Under the pieces are notes generated by a model. That model was not told the origin of the DNA. It did no database searches and saw nothing but the letters and a program-made list of their open reading frames with translations. DNA of 64,000 nucleotides, from positions 25,606,001 through 25,670,000 of the forward strand of contig NC_043001.1 of the NCBI RefSeq assembly GCF_006345805.1, written 5' to 3'. Numbering within the stretch: position 1 is the first letter of the stretch; the number at the start of each line of letters is the position of its first letter. Of this stretch, positions 24,753 through 37,990 are shown in pieces. Source of the DNA: Octopus sinensis (taxonomy: Eukaryota). The position numbers and the translations under genes are program-made.

Positions 24753-27700
24753 CTATCATCACCATCATCACCACCATCATCATCGTCATCATCATCATCA
24801 TCATCATCATCAAGCATCTGTTATCCATGCTGGCATGGGTTGGATAATTTGACCAGGGCTGGTAAGCTGAAAGGCTGTACTAGACTCCAGTCTGATTTGG
24901 CATAGTTTCTATGGCTGGATGCCCTTCCTAACACCAACCACTTAACAGAGTGTAATGGGTGCTTTTACGTGCCACTGGCATGGGTGCATTTACGTGCCAC
25001 TGGCACGGGTGCCAGTCGCATGACACCAGTATCTGCTACAACTATAATTTCACTTGGCTTGATGGGTTTTCTGTTCAAGGGTCCCAGTCATTTATCATTA
25101 CTTCCGTGAGACCCAACACTTGAAAGGTGCATTTTACATGTCACCGGTACAGGTGCTAATTATGTGACACCAGCATTGGCCACATTACTACATGACATCA
25201 GCATTGACCACTGTGCCATGCGACACCAGCATTGGACACATTACCTCTGTTACGCCCAACACTTGAATGGTGTTTTTTTATGTGACACCAACATAAGCCA
25301 CGACTATGGTTCCACTTGGCTTGACGGGTCTTCTCAAGTACGGTATATCACCAAAGGTCTTGGTCACTAGTCATTGCCTTCGTGAAGCCCGATGTTCGGA
25401 GATCATGCTTCACCACCTAGTCCTAGCGCAGTCAACTTGTTTCAGTCATTAGACTTTGACCATGCTGGAGCACCTGCTTATAGAATTTTAGTCAAACAAA
25501 CCGCCCCCAGTACTTATGCTATTATTCTTTTTTACTGAACCACTAAGTTATGGGGACATAAACTCATCAACACTGGTTGTCAAGCAGTGGTAGGAGACAC
25601 ACATACATATATAAGACGGGCTTCTTTCAGTTTCCATCTACCAAATTCACTCACAAGATTTTGGTTGGCTTGAGACTATAGTAGAAGACACTTGCCGGAG
25701 GTGCCACACAGTGGAACTGAACCTGAAACCATGTGGTTGAGAAACAAACTACTTACCAAACAGCCATGTCTGTGCCTGTGTTCAGTTTTCCCATGCTCAC
25801 TTGGGTCAGACAGGATTTATTGAGGTAGATTTTCTACAGCTGGATGCCCTTCCTGCCACCAACCCTCACCTATAACCAAAAAGGATAATGCTTTCCCATG
25901 ACCAGATGTGTTTTCATGGAAGATTGGAACTGAAGGATGCTGCTTGCATGATGACACCTGCTTACAACTATTACATGATGTCAAGACAAGAAGATAGTAA
26001 CACACACAACACATGCATACATGCATGCATATGTATGTACTTACACATGTCCATCCATCCGTCCGTCCATCTATCTATCTTCGAGTTTCTATCTACTACA
26101 TCTCACAATTTTTTGTTCACCCCAGGTCTGTAGTAAAAGACACTTCCCAAAATGCCAGGCAGTATGACTGAACCCAAGACCACATTATCGGGAATCAGGC
26201 TTCTCAACCAAACAGCCGTTCCTGGACTGTAATTTATTTATTCATTTCCATAGTAGCTGGTGCTTTGCAACTTTCAGTATCCCATCACCTACTGTCATTT
26301 AGCAATACAGTGTGTTATCTTTCTCAAATTATATCCAGAGAGGTCTTACTTTTAGCTGTGTTGATTTACACATCATCGTCATCATCATCATCGTTTAACA
26401 TCCATTTTCCGTGCTAGCATGGGTTGGACAGTTCGACTGGGGTCTGAGAAGCCAAGAGGCTGCACCAGGCTCCAGTCTGATCTGGCAGTGTTTCTACAGC
26501 TGGATGCCCTTCCTAATGCCAACTACTCCGTGTGTAGTGGGTGATTTTTACGCGCCACCGGCACAGGTGCCAGGGGAAGCTGGCAGCGGCCACGATTGGT
26601 TGGTGCTTTTTATGTGCTACCGGCACAGAAGCCAGGCAAGGCGGCGCTGGCATTGGCCACATTCGGATGGTGCTTTTTACGTGCCACCGGCACAGGTATC
26701 ACAACTATAATTTCCATTTGATATTTATTTTGATGTTGATGTACTTGACTCAATAGGTCTCCTCAAGCACAGCAGGTCATGTGCCACCGGCACAGAAGCC
26801 AGTCAAGGTGGCACAGCAGGTCACCCTATGATCCAAGGTAAACACAGCAGGTTGTTCTGCAATCCAAGGTACTTTGGATGGGCTGGGGCTGTGCGAAACT
26901 GGTGCAAGAAGCAGCCATGAACTCACATTATTTGTCAGGTCTTTGCAGTCACAGCATATGTTTGTGAAAATGTATAGTGTATTTTTATTTATTGATACCT
27001 GCTGCAAATATCACATTTTGACAAATTCTGCTTCTAAACAGGCTTTCAGCTATCAACAAGCTTGTATTAAAATGCAGAGCTCCATCTTTTGTAAGTTAAG
27101 GAGAGATGTCACAGTTTGCTGTTGAGGGCAGGACAGCTCAAACATTGCGTCTCTCAACTTGTTCTTGGTTTAATTTCTATTTTGGTAGCTTCTATTACTT
27201 CGTTGTTAATTCAGTTTTTGACAACCATTCTCTTCACATGTAAATGTTTATGCTTCATCTATCAGACAGTTTTCTTTTTATATTTCTTCCAGTCTTTGCT
27301 AGAAAACCTTCACAAAATCCACGAAGAGTGGCTTATCAAACAATCTTATGGCCCATTACCTGCTCCTGTTAAAGTAAGTATTAAGATATTCTTAGTTATC
27401 AATATCATCCTTGAGATATATTGTTTCTATAGTCTATATTTCCATTTTTAGAATTTTTTCTTTTGTTGCTGAAACTTGTTCATTTAATTTAGAATTATTG
27501 TATTTCTAGAATTAAGTATGAATCTCATATACCACACTGTATGACAAAAGTTCAATGTTGGAAAAGCTGAAAATAATAGACAATATAGCTGATCCTTAGA
27601 GAATTCCATAGGTAATGCAAGTATGGGTTGAGAGAGTTCCATTGAAAGGAATAAAAATAGGATGGCAGAGGAAGATAATTCAGACCCATACAATTGGCTG

Positions 27701-30700
27701 TAATCCATAGAAAAAGAGGTTTAACATGCTCAAGTGAACTATAGAATGTTAAATAGATAACTAGGGATGCAAATAAGAAAAGAAATTTGCCAATGCAATT
27801 TGGATAGAATAGAAAAAGTGTAGTGGTATTCAGCATTCAAAACTGATAGTTCCATAACAAGCAAAAGCCATGACATATGAAATTTCTATATTTGGTGGCA
27901 TTGGTTCATATCAGGTGATCTTAGCCTACTTTTCAGCCAGTTGCTATCCCAGCACATTTGTGTAGAAAATTCCATATAGTTTCATGCCAAATGAAGGTTG
28001 TAAATTGACATGCATGGGAAATACAAATATAGAGAAGGGAGCTAGTACTAGTAGAAGGCTGCAGAAGTTCAAGAGGAGACAGATGAACACAGAGGCTTCA
28101 TAGAAGATTTTTGGTCATTTATGCCACTCATCTTAGGTTAAACAACCAACTCGCCAAATATGAAGACACATTTTTTCCTCTCTACACACAAAAACACACT
28201 CCTGACATTTAATCTCACAGCTTTCAGCAAGTAACCTTTGCAATATCGTTGTGGAAATAAATGTGTTTCACTGAAAGCAAATATTGTAACTTGGCTTTAT
28301 ATGGGCAACAACACACAGCCTAAACAAACATGTAGCTCCAGCTACTATAGTTCGAAAAGGTTTCGCCTTTTACAATGTCATGGTTTATCTATCTATATAT
28401 ATATATATATATATATTTATATTTATAAAAGAGGGTTTGTGTCATCATCATCATCATCGTTTAGCGTCCATTTTCCATGCTAGCATGGGTTGGACGGTTC
28501 AACTGGGGTCTGTGAAGCCGGAAGGCTTCATCAGGCCCAGTCAGATCTGGCAGTGTTTCTACGGCTGGACGCCAACCACTCCGTGAGTGTAGTGGGTGCT
28601 TTTTACGTGCCACCCGCACAGGTGCCAGACAGAGCTGGCAAACGGCCACGAACGGATGGTGCTTTTATGTGCCACCAGCACGGGGGCCAGGCAAGGCTGG
28701 CAACAGACACGAATGGATGGTGCTTTTTACGTGCCACCGGCACGAGGCCAGTCGGGGCGGTGCTGGCAACGGTCACGAATGGATGGTTCTCTTACATGCC
28801 ACCGGCACTGGTAACTCATCTGCAATTTCCATTGATTGATTTCGATTCTGATCCTCACTTGCCTCAACAGGTCTTCACAAGTAGAGTTTTGTGTCCCAAG
28901 AAGGGAAGGTATGCATACGTAGGCTGGCTCCATCCCATGTAGAAGGCCACGGGTTATGGTCTCACTTGTCCTGCCGGGTCTTATGTGTATGTGTGTGTAT
29001 GTGTATGTTCCTTATGCATTCAAAAACTGAGTTGCCAATTTTGATGTATGGGTATCAAAAGATTCAATAATCTTTCGGCTACCAAATAAACTTTATTTTC
29101 ATTTACATATTTTCTTCATTATCTCAACAACTAGCTGTAGTAATTTAAAGACACTACTCTACAACAACCAGGTTTCGTTAGAAAGTGAAAATAGTTTCAT
29201 ACTTTCAATTTGAACCAAAAATACAAAGTGTTACATTACGAGAGTGATGATGTGTGAATCATGAAAGTAATGTTTTTCCTAATTAGTCTCATCTGTACTG
29301 TAATAAAGAAAGCTGCTTATCATCTGTCTATATATATAAAGGTTACTAAATAAACTATGTTTTTGGCACTGCAACTCTTTTTTTATTACTAAAATAACCT
29401 CAGAAACAAGATCCTGTCACACAATTTTGAGGTCATTTTCGGGCAATATTTTGATTTGCTTCTAATGTTTAATTTTTGTCTAATGTTTCATGCATGCATA
29501 GAATTCTACTCAGACAAACATTTATGAAAATGTACACATAAATATTGTATTGAAATAAGCCACAACCAAAACAATTTCATTAAAAGACATCCATTTCTCT
29601 ATATGTTATGAGGAAATGCAGCCACTCACACTCTCTCTCACATGCACATGCTCATATACAAACAAAAAAGATGTTTGCATATGTATTTATGTGTATATGA
29701 AAGATAATGTGTGTGAGAGAGAGAGAGAGTGAGTGCCACTTATACATACATACAAAAAGTACATAGATGACAACACACACCTTCCCTCACTCACTCTCTT
29801 GCCGTGCTCTCTCTCACATACACACACACACATCCATTTCATATACACGTACATACATCTTTCACTTTCTGCTCTCACTTCAAAGCAAATGTCGTCTTTT
29901 CACTTTCTCATCTCTTTCAATTTCTGCTCTCTTCAAATCATAAAAAAATAAAATTTTTTGTAAAAATTAACGAGCAATCATATAATTTCACATGATCGAG
30001 CTGACAACTTTGCTGCTTCAAATGAAAGAATGCCATAAAACTCTTCCTTTGGCACGCATGCACACACACACTTGTGTACAAATTATGTTATTTCTTGCTG
30101 TGTGCATGCGCAAAATTACAACTCAAATCCAATTGAAATTACCTTTTTCTATTCTGTAATTTGTGTTTGTGATGAGTGTATTTAAAAACATGATCTTCAA
30201 TATAAACTCAGAAGTTTTCCCAGAAATCCTATCCTTTATCTGTTGTTTCTAGCATGTTTGAGGTGACACTTGCGCCCCACCCCTCACTCTTACCTTACTT
30301 TTTTCCTAAATTTCTTCTGATTCCTGTTTTTGATACAAGAAATTAGGATTTCACCCACAATACATGTTCTCAATATTTTAATTTTCTCCCTTCTCACCCT
30401 GATTTCTTCATCTTTTTTACTTTTTTCCAAATTTTTTTTCTTGATAATTCATGGAGAAAAAAACAGAGAGTACAAATCTTAAAAAAAATTTTCTTCTTCC
30501 TTTTCTTTTCTGAAAAGATACACTAAAATCTCCTTCTCAAACATCCACCTATCAACTCACCACTTTCAAAAAGCTACAAACTCCAAATGTTTCACCTTCA
30601 GCATTTTGAATAGTAGGGAAGTTTCTTCAGAAACAATGTCCTTTACCTGTTGTTTCTAGCATGTCGGGTTTTCTAGTGGTGGTCTAGTATTTTTTATGTC

Positions 30701-32701
30701 TGCTATTTCAGTACAATTCTAAGCATGTGTGAAACATTGGGAGGTTTTAGCTTTTTAAAAGTGGGTAGGTGATGGATGGGTGAGGTGGGTGAAGGGGCAT
30801 TGAGTGTTTCTTTAAGAAAATTAAACTTTAAAAAAATATTTCCCAGATTCATAATCTCTGTATTTTTCTATGTAGATAAAAAAAAAATTCAAAAAGAAAG
30901 TTACAAATTAAGAAATTGCAGTGGGGACGGTGGGGAGAGGAAATTGAAATTTTGAAAAGATTTCTGGGCAAAATCGTATTAGCTCCCTTTTATATTATGA
31001 AACAATACATAGTTTGTGATCCTTCTTAAGGACAGAAAGCAGTCATGCAAACCCATGCAAATTGTACCTTCCCCACCTTCACTTTTAGACTAACAATAAT
31101 TTCCATTACGGCAGTAATCCAGTTCACTACATATCAGCTGTGCTGATTCTGCCCATAAGAAAGGCAAAAATAATACACTGTAGCTGTAGGTCATAACACA
31201 CAGGCAATGCCAGGATACATTGCTAGTTAGAATAGAGAATCAGAAAAATTAGGAATTGTGGTTAATTATGCTATGGACTAACATTGTTTCAGAGGATAAG
31301 AATATTTGCCTAGTGAACCAGATGCAAGACATGAAATGACCCAAAATGTTGGTGTGATTGAGGGGACTTTTAGGAGTGATAGATTACTTTCCGCCTTAAT
31401 GGCACTTGTGCCGGTGGCACGTGAAAAAACATTTGAGTGAGGTCGTTGCCAGTACCACCTGACTGGCCCCCATGCCGGTGGCATGTAGAAGCACCCACTA
31501 CACTCTCGGAGTGGTTGGCATTAGGAAAGGCATCCAGCTGTAGAAACTCTGCCAGATCAAGATTGGAGCCTGGTACAGCCATCTGGTTCACCAGCCCTCA
31601 GTCAAATCATCCAACCCATGCTAGCATGGAAAGTGGATGTTAAAAGACAATGATGGGTACACTTAATCAGGTTTCTTACAGTCTAGTTTTTGCAATTGTA
31701 TAAATCTTTAAGGTACATATGGAATACTTCATCATCATATGAATTCAATATTCAGATGTTTTAAATTCATGCCAAGGCTCCACAGGAGCTGAACTACTGG
31801 ATAATTCATCAGAAAAAGAAAACCTTCAGTAATAAGCTTGCCTTTGTAATGTACTGTAGAATCAATTACTTCATTCCTTGGTCCTTTGGTACTCATTAGT
31901 TAAAAGCATTAGCTAGACATAAGCCTAGATCTCTTTACAAGTCTATTGCATACACTTTCCTGCTGGAAGAATTGAGTTCAACACATCAAAATAACAAATG
32001 ACTCACCAATTCTACAGCATTTATAGTGGTAAGCTAAACCCACTCTGTAGTATCTATTTTCAAGTAAGTGAACCTGAATGTTTTAACCAGAGATACAAAC
32101 TAGTGACAGTGACTGGATATAAACTGTTAATCTCTCATAATGTCTAATATCTTGTCAGCTATACTATTTGTAAACTCCCAGAAGAAAAAAGGTTGTCCTT
32201 ACAGAATAGCTGTTTTTATTAAAGGATATTTTCACATAATAGTTGTTATTATTTTTTAATTTCAAGTTTCATCGAAAGCATTTTCATTGAATAAATTTCA
32301 TTAAAATTATTTTTCAAAAATATATTCTTTTCCCAGTTTGTTTGAAATTTAAATATTGCAGTAATATTTTTAACTTTATGAAGGCGGCAAGCCAGCAGAA
32401 TTGTTAGCAATGCCAAGCAAAACGCTTAGTGGCATTTTACCCATCTTAATATTCTGAGTTCAAATTCCAAAATCGTCTTTGCCTTTCATCCTTTCATGGT
32501 TAATGAAATAAGTACCAGTCTAATCTGAAATTGCTGGCCTTGTGCCAAAATTTGAAATCAGTATTTTAAACTTTTCACTCAAGTTTTAAAAGTATTATAA
32601 AAAATTATACATTCCAGGTTATTGACACAAATCTGCATTTAGAAAAATTATTTAATGTCTATGAAGAGGAAAAATCACAGATTTTGTGCCGGGCATTATA
32701 A
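8851..32701 (+). CDS. TK2: Thymidine kinase 2 / deoxynucleoside kinase family gene (spliced CDS, 5' end not resolved)
   Basis: Exons 8851-8925, 10018-10071, 11818-11907, 13612-13685, 14797-14885, 24394-24473, 27293-27373, 32618-32701 join in frame through GT-AG introns. They encode the P-loop [32 protein letters not shown], the ERS motif (MLERSVFS), the lid region [22 protein letters not shown] and LHKIHEEWL, ending in TAA. Confidence 0.93.
10018..10071 (+). CDS. TK2: TK2-like exon ([18 protein letters not shown])
   Basis: tttgtag| acceptor, |gtgag donor; EP..W motif. Confidence 0.92.
10525..10935. mobile_element. tRNA-headed HHR-containing element (family C) with inverted arm and 14-bp TSD
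   Basis: TSD agggaatatatata at 10511-10524 and 10936-10949. Minus-strand tRNA-like head 10698-10752 (A box tggcatagtgg, B box gagttcgattcc). HHR motifs at 10571-10616 (-) and 10801-10845 (+). Confidence 0.72.
11135..11640 (+). mobile_element. Older RTE 3' fragment
   Basis: [24 protein letters not shown]...GRPRKTW plus degenerate 3' UTR and (GAT)n. Confidence 0.82.
11818..11907 (+). CDS. TK2: TK2-like exon ([30 protein letters not shown])
   Basis: ttcttag| acceptor, |gtgag donor. Confidence 0.92.
12893..13430. mobile_element. HHR-like element (family B) with ~85-bp inverted terminal arms in a TA-rich site
   Basis: 12893-12978 is the reverse complement of 13345-13430; internal agac-CTGATGA-long stem II-GAAA-tgtttgtg-gtct at 13170-13292. 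Confidence 0.6.
13612..13685 (+). CDS. TK2: TK2-like exon ([24 protein letters not shown])
   Basis: tttcag| acceptor, |gtaag donor; ERS motif. Confidence 0.92.
14797..14885 (+). CDS. TK2: TK2-like exon ([29 protein letters not shown])
   Basis: tttcag| acceptor, |gtatg donor; phase 2 to phase 1 consistent. Confidence 0.9.
15575..15970 (+). mobile_element. Tandem pair of family 2 SINEs
   Basis: Second unit restarts inside the head (aggtatttc...) at ~15785. Confidence 0.78.
16921..17645 (-). mobile_element. Non-coding HHR-bearing element (Penelope-like pLTR/retrozyme-like family A), truncated copy
   Basis: Near-identical to 19301-19901 and to the reverse complement of 21350-22275; contains an HHR and an internal CA/TA microsatellite; flanked by (TA)n. 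Confidence 0.65.
17008..17058 (-). ncRNA. Type I hammerhead ribozyme motif (family A, copy 1)
   Basis: Minus strand: agcuuc-CUGAUGA-uuucucuugaau-GAAA-cag(uucuaguc)cug-UA-gaagcu. Stem I 6 bp, short stem II, stem III, cleavage triplet GUA. Confidence 0.8.
17720..18860 (+). mobile_element. 5'-truncated RTE LINE, near-identical to 61547-62685
   Basis: Same ORF end (REKTRQDK*), same 3' UTR with internal ~105-bp duplication, (GAT)n tail. Confidence 0.93.
19388..19438 (-). ncRNA. Type I hammerhead ribozyme motif (family A, copy 2)
   Basis: Same as copy 1 with CUGAAGA core. Confidence 0.8.
22208..22258 (+). ncRNA. Type I hammerhead ribozyme motif (family A, copy 3; sense to TK2)
   Basis: agcttc CTGAAGA tttctcttgaat GAAA cagttctagtcctg TA gaagct. 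Confidence 0.8.
22391..22850 (+). mobile_element. RTE 3' UTR fragment (same young family)
   Basis: Matches 18413-18860; (GAT)n tail. Confidence 0.88.
23041..23245 (+). repeat. Repeat with hammerhead-like variant motif (family D)
   Basis: cttt-CTGTAGA-a-aagc(gtag)gctt-GAAA-CGTA-aaag at ~23116-23151; flanked by (TA)n. Confidence 0.4.
23952..24243 (-). mobile_element. Young tRNA-derived SINE (family 3) with 15-bp TSD
   Basis: TSD ctccatgctaccatg at 23937-23951 and 24244-24258; head tggcctagtggttagagcagcgg...gggttcgaatc; CpG-rich. Confidence 0.88.
24394..24473 (+). CDS. TK2: TK2-like exon (lid; [26 protein letters not shown])
   Basis: ctctcag| acceptor, |gtaag donor. Confidence 0.93.
26372..26900 (-). 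mobile_element. RTE-family 3' UTR retrocopy
   Basis: Colinear with 1617-2100. Confidence 0.8.
27293..27373 (+). CDS. TK2: TK2-like exon ([27 protein letters not shown])
   Basis: ttccag| acceptor, |gtaag donor. Confidence 0.92.
28441..28981 (-). mobile_element. RTE 3' end (same family, inverted)
   Basis: Reverse complement of the RTE stop region and 3' UTR; (CAT)n at left. Confidence 0.88.
29323..31226 (+). mobile_element. Long non-autonomous Helitron-like element, degenerate
   Basis: 5' TCTGTCTATATATATAAA; 3' caggcaatgccaggatacattgCTAG resembles the 3' end of the 7386-7772 element. Confidence 0.5.
32618..32701 (+). CDS. TK2: TK2-like terminal coding exon ([27 protein letters not shown])
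   Basis: ttccag| acceptor, phase 0, V.VID motif typical of dNK C-termini, TAA stop. Confidence 0.85.
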   Translation, partial: VIDTNLHLEKLFNVYEEEKSQILCRAL

Positions 32702-34309
32702 ATGCATGCATAATACCCATGTTTGATAGTTTTGCGTCAACATATGATGATGTAATGTAAGTATTATTTTTTAATCAATGCATTTTATGACTAAAGAAAA
32801 TACAATATATATTGAATATAATGAATATACCATTTTGCATCTTGATAAATAAAGTATACTCAGCCTTCAAATAAAATCCTCATCATCAAACTTATTATTA
32901 ATGGTAATTTGCATGTTAGTTAAAGGCTAAATTCATAATCAATATATGCATCATCTGGTTTACTAATTGATAAGAAATAATTTTATATTTGAGCTGTGAA
33001 TAAGCACTTGCATGGTTGTGTGGTTATGAAGCTGGCTTTGCAACCACATGGTTTCGGGTTCAGTCCTACTGCATGGCACTTTGGGCAAGTGTCTTCTATA
33101 GCCTTAGGCTAACCAATGCCTTGTGAGTGAACTTGCTAGTACAAGATAATCATGGCTTGAACACTTTCAGTCAAATGTCTGCTTGATCAAGGTTAGCCTG
33201 TGACAAAACAATAACTCAGTGCTTTAACATTTCTCATTTTTAATCATTGAATCATAATTTCTCACATTGGTAAAAAAAAATGTCACAAAGTGGTGTAGCT
33301 AATTGAATTGATTGCCAGTATATTGATTATTTATTTTATTGACCTAGGAGGGATGATAACTGAAATCAGCCCCAGTGTGGTTTGAACACATTGCTGAAAA
33401 GGACGAAATACTGCAAATTGCTTTGTTTGGATGCAACGTGATAGATCTGGATGAACGAGGGTATGTCATTTATGAAGTCACAAATGGCAACGAAAATGCT
33501 CTTGCAGAACAACTCATTGAATGATTGACCAATGATTAATCAAGCATTTGATTAGTCAATTGGTTAATTAGTGAACTAGTTGACTGATAATAATAAAAAG
33601 TTAAATAGATCCAGTGTACTTGTTTTTATTGGTAAAATGACTGTCCCAAGATACAACAATTTGTTTCGTGCCCCCTCAGTTGTGCCATCCATTCTAAACA
33701 CATAAGAATGGTAATGGTTAAAACTCTATGCAATCTCTCAACCCACTAGTAATAATATCAAAATCAAAGAAAATTAGTAATACACCACAACTGCCACCAC
33801 CACCACCACCAGAAAAGATAAAGCATTTTACTACTGTTTGTCATCATTTTAACATCCACTTTTCCATAATGATATGGGTTGGCGGGAATCTGCTGAAGTG
33901 GATTTTCAGTGGCTGGGTGTTCTTCCCATCACCAATCCTCCCCTGTTTCCAAATAAAGTAATATTTCTCCATGACCAGACAGGTTTTCACAGATTAGAAA
34001 AAGACACTGATTGCATGATGGTGGCACTCACATCTATCACAAAGTCAAGGTAAGAAGACATTAACATGCATGCACACACGACAGCCTTCTTTCAGTTTCT
34101 GTCTACCAAATCCACTCACAAGGCTTTGGTCAATCCAAAGACACTTAGCCAAGGTGCCATGCAGTGGGACTGAACCCAGAACCATATGGTTAGGAAGCAA
34201 ACTTCTTACTTTTATTTATCTTTTGGTCAGGAGGAAAGACAGTTTCCCTGATCCTCTACTGTACCTTGGAGACTGCTGGAAGGGAGAGAGTTACCCTCAA
34301 ATCAGAGAC

Positions 34310-35250
34310 CTGGCTCAAATTCTTGCAAGAGTGAAGTTAAGAGTGATGCTTTGGCCACTCCATGCATTTCTCTCCATGACACATACGTCACTGTATTGTT
34401 CACCCCTCCTATGCCACACCCTTGCTATCCGAGGTGGAAACACAGTACTGGCCCTTGTCAGGGAAGACTGCCGACATCCATTGTTGATGCCGCCAATGTC
34501 GGTGCTGTGTAGCCCACTGTAGTCGTGCATGATGGTAGCAGATGGTGAAGACAGGTCCTGATGCAGGGTGACAGCAATGTAGGTTGCTGGCGGCCAGTTG
34601 ACATTGTACTATGTCATCACTGATGGGTCACTGTCCAGTGCTAGTGGTCTTGCGAACTGTCACACTGGCTGGTCTGAAGCAATCATGGAGGTGTTGCATG
34701 TGGATGAAGTGGTCCTGCCTGGGCATGGTCACCTAGGGGTGCCCTCTGCGGGCACAGTCTGCAGTGATGTTGGTGTTGTATCACTGTTGCAGGCAACAGA
34801 TGGTGCTGGCAACAGATGGTGCTGGCAACAGATGGTGCTGGCATGGGTATTGTAAGGTTTCGCAACCAGGGCATGCTGCCCTGCTTGCAATCGGCCAATA
34901 GTTTGTTCTCTTTGCACTGCTGACAATCAAGTCATACCTGGTGTGTCCAAATTATGAATGCCAGGAATGCGGGTTGAGTTTATTTTTATACTCATAACCT
35001 CCACGAGATGCGTATGCATTTCAGTTTTCATAACAATTGTTTGCAACTGCCACCCACGGCATTCAACAAAGCTGCGTTTTGGTGTCTCGTTTCAGGGAAA
35101 GTTGAAAGGTTACCTGCAATCTGGGTCTCAACCATAAACCAGCATGTCTTGGAATATTTACACTCAATCCCCAAAATAAATTTTCAGAATTTGTCATATA
35201 AAAATGACATTTTAAAAAATTACATTTCTTTTGCAGTTCAGTGTGTGTGT
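34310..35250 (-). mobile_element. Tc1-like transposon fragment (transposase N-terminal half, frameshifted)
   Basis: Minus-strand frames LSAVQREQTIGRLQAG, RLQWATQHRHWRHQQW, RVWHRRGEQYSDVCVMERNAWSGQSI. Confidence 0.7.
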
Positions 35251-36859
35251 TTATATATATATATGTATATATATGAAATTTTGAATTTAGTTCATGGACG
35301 CCCAGTACTACCTTTGCAAACCACAGGTTAGGAATCACTGATTTAGAACAAAAGTTGTAACACAGTGAGAGAGATGAAGATGACTCCAAGAAAGAAGGAC
35401 AGTGGCTGAAGTTGTAGATAACATATTTATCTATTACATATAATTAAAGCCAAACCACGACAGGCAGGCTTGCATAAAAACAGTCAGAAAGCATATGAAG
35501 TAATGACAGCTATATTTTCTTGTAAAAGGGTAGATAGTGTTGAACTTACGTATTCTCATGTTCCCCGTTGTAACAGCAGTAACTAAATTGATTAAACGAA
35601 TGAGTGAGAAAGTAATTGGTGGACAGGACAACTGTATCGTTTGTTGAATTCCATAGCTGTCCCTCTACGATGTTCTGCCAAGATGGTATTTCGAACCAGT
35701 CAGTTACTGTCACTGCCTTTCTGTTTGCAGAGCGCTAGTATTTATAATGGCCCATTCCACTAGAAAGATGGATATACCATTATATGAATAACTTATATAC
35801 ATTTAGGTCACCTACTATCCATTTGAACTTTTCCTGACACTACGTGGTTGTGGGTCAATTGGAAACACATCAATCAATGTTCTTTTGACAGAGATTTTCC
35901 CACTTGGTCAACAAATAGTGGGTGGATTTGACAAGCAAGAAATCTTAGATTTGATTTCGAATCTCAGCAAGGCAGGGCCAAGTGAGATCCCTATAAGGTG
36001 ATATGGCACAATATTCAAATATATTGTAGTCACCACTATCTTTGTTTTGTTTTCAGATGTTTTAATATATTTTACAGTTTTTATTTACTACCAACAAATA
36101 CTGTTATATTTAGGATAAAGTTATAGATTTCTCATGGATAACTAATCTGAAACAGTTTGAGAGAAAAAAAAACAAAACAAAATAACTAACGCTACATTAA
36201 TGTTATGTCAATACTAACAGATGACTAACCACCAGGTTTTTTGTTCGAGATCTCTTGTCTGAGATTTTTGTTTAACTTCTCCATTTATTTAGCTAACACC
36301 ATCCTCATAACCTCCTTTAAAAAGACTAATTTATAATGAAATATTACAGAGGGTATACATTACAATGATTTTGCTAAGATCAGAAAAAAAAAAAAATTTA
36401 TTTGGAGGATGAATTTTTATATAATTTTCTCCCCTATCTAACTTTGTTACCCCAAATTTACCTAACTTTAGGATTTGTTTTTTAAATCTTGTCAGCATAA
36501 TCATAATCTACACCTACAGAAAATGTATTTCTGTAAAGTTTTGTTACAAATTATGCATTTTAAAGGGAGTTATGAAGAAGCAAGAGTGTGGGGTGGACAC
36601 CAAACTGTTAAGTAATGTACATTTCGTTGCGAGTATAGGACAAAAGCCCCATAGTTAAAGTGTGAAAGTGGACAAGAGCCCCATAGTTGAAGTGTGAAAG
36701 TGAACAACAGCCCCACGGTTATATTTTTCAGTTATTTTTTTAGTTTTTTTCACCTTTTACTTGTGGCCATACCAATAAGGCAACTTTACGATGCCCTGTC
36801 GAGTAGGAGGGCACCGCGGGCAAGAGCCTGGGTGAAAAACTTTTAGTTAAACGTATCAA

Positions 36860-37990
36860 CCCCAGAATTTTTTCTTCCTTTTTACTTGTTTCAGTCATTA
36901 GACTGTGGCCATACTGGAGCACCATTTTGAAGAATTTTTAGTCGAATGTAGCAACCCCAGAATTTTTTTTAATGGTTTTCAATAGCACATGAAGTTAAGC
37001 TTAGAAGGTCTTTTCATATGCTAGAAATAACAGCCAAATCTCTTGAAATTTTTTTGTAACCCCCTCCGTTATATTTTTTGGTTATTCTTCATTTTTTTTA
37101 ATATCTTCTAAAAATCTTTTTACCTGTTTCAGTCATTGAACTGTGGACATGCCTTGAGGAATTTTTAGTTGAATGTATTGACGTCAGAACTTTTTTCTTT
37201 TAACTTGTTGCAGTTATTAGACTGTGGCAACCACCATGAAGAATTTTTAGATGGCTGCATGGAACCCAGAATTTTTTTTAAAATCCTAATCAAACCCCTT
37301 CTGAGATATATTTTTTCCCTTTGTACTTGTTAAAATCATTAGATTGCAGCCATGCTGGGGTGCCACCTTGAAGAATTTTTATAGTGAAATGTATCGACCC
37401 CAGAATTTTTTTAGGTGATTTTCAACCAACGCATGAAGTTAAGCCTCGAAGATCTCTCCACATGCTAGAGATAACAGTCAAATCTCTTGAATTTTTTTGT
37501 TTTTAATTTCAAGTAAAAACAGAAATTGCAGTTATAAAAAAAAAACTTTTATTTTCCAAAATTCCAATTATTAAGTAATCAAATATAAGTTGAATAAAAT
37601 AAACAGAACATAATAGTCTTTACCACTCAATGTATATATTTTCTGAATTCTAAGAAAAGGGCCACTTTGAAGAATTTTTATAGTGAAATGTATCGACCCC
37701 AGAATTTTTTTTAGGTGATTTTCAACCAGCACATGAAGTTAAGCCTCGAAGATCTCTCCACATGCTAGAGATAACAGCCAAATCTCTTGAATTTTTTTGT
37801 TTTTAATTTCAAGTAAAATAGAAATTGCAGTTATAAAAAAAAACACTTTTATTTTCCAGAATTCCAATTATTAATAATAATAATAATAAAAAAACATTGT
37901 GTACAGTGCTTAGGTGCACTACAACTCATCTAAAGTGTATGAGTCTTTACCACTCAATGTATATATTTTCTGAATTCTAAGAAAAGGGAA
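36860..37990. repeat. Tandem array of SINE-tail-derived modules plus a ~300-bp tandem duplication
   Basis: About 5 degenerate repeats of cttgtttcagtcattagactg...ttgaagaattttta...ccccagaatttttt; 37368-37661 is duplicated at 37667-37987. Confidence 0.75.

Noticed and set aside
34770-34835. Short direct repeats (gcaacagatggtgctg x3) as a CRISPR-like array
   Set aside because: Abutting slippage repeat within a Tc1 remnant, with no spacers; eukaryotic context.
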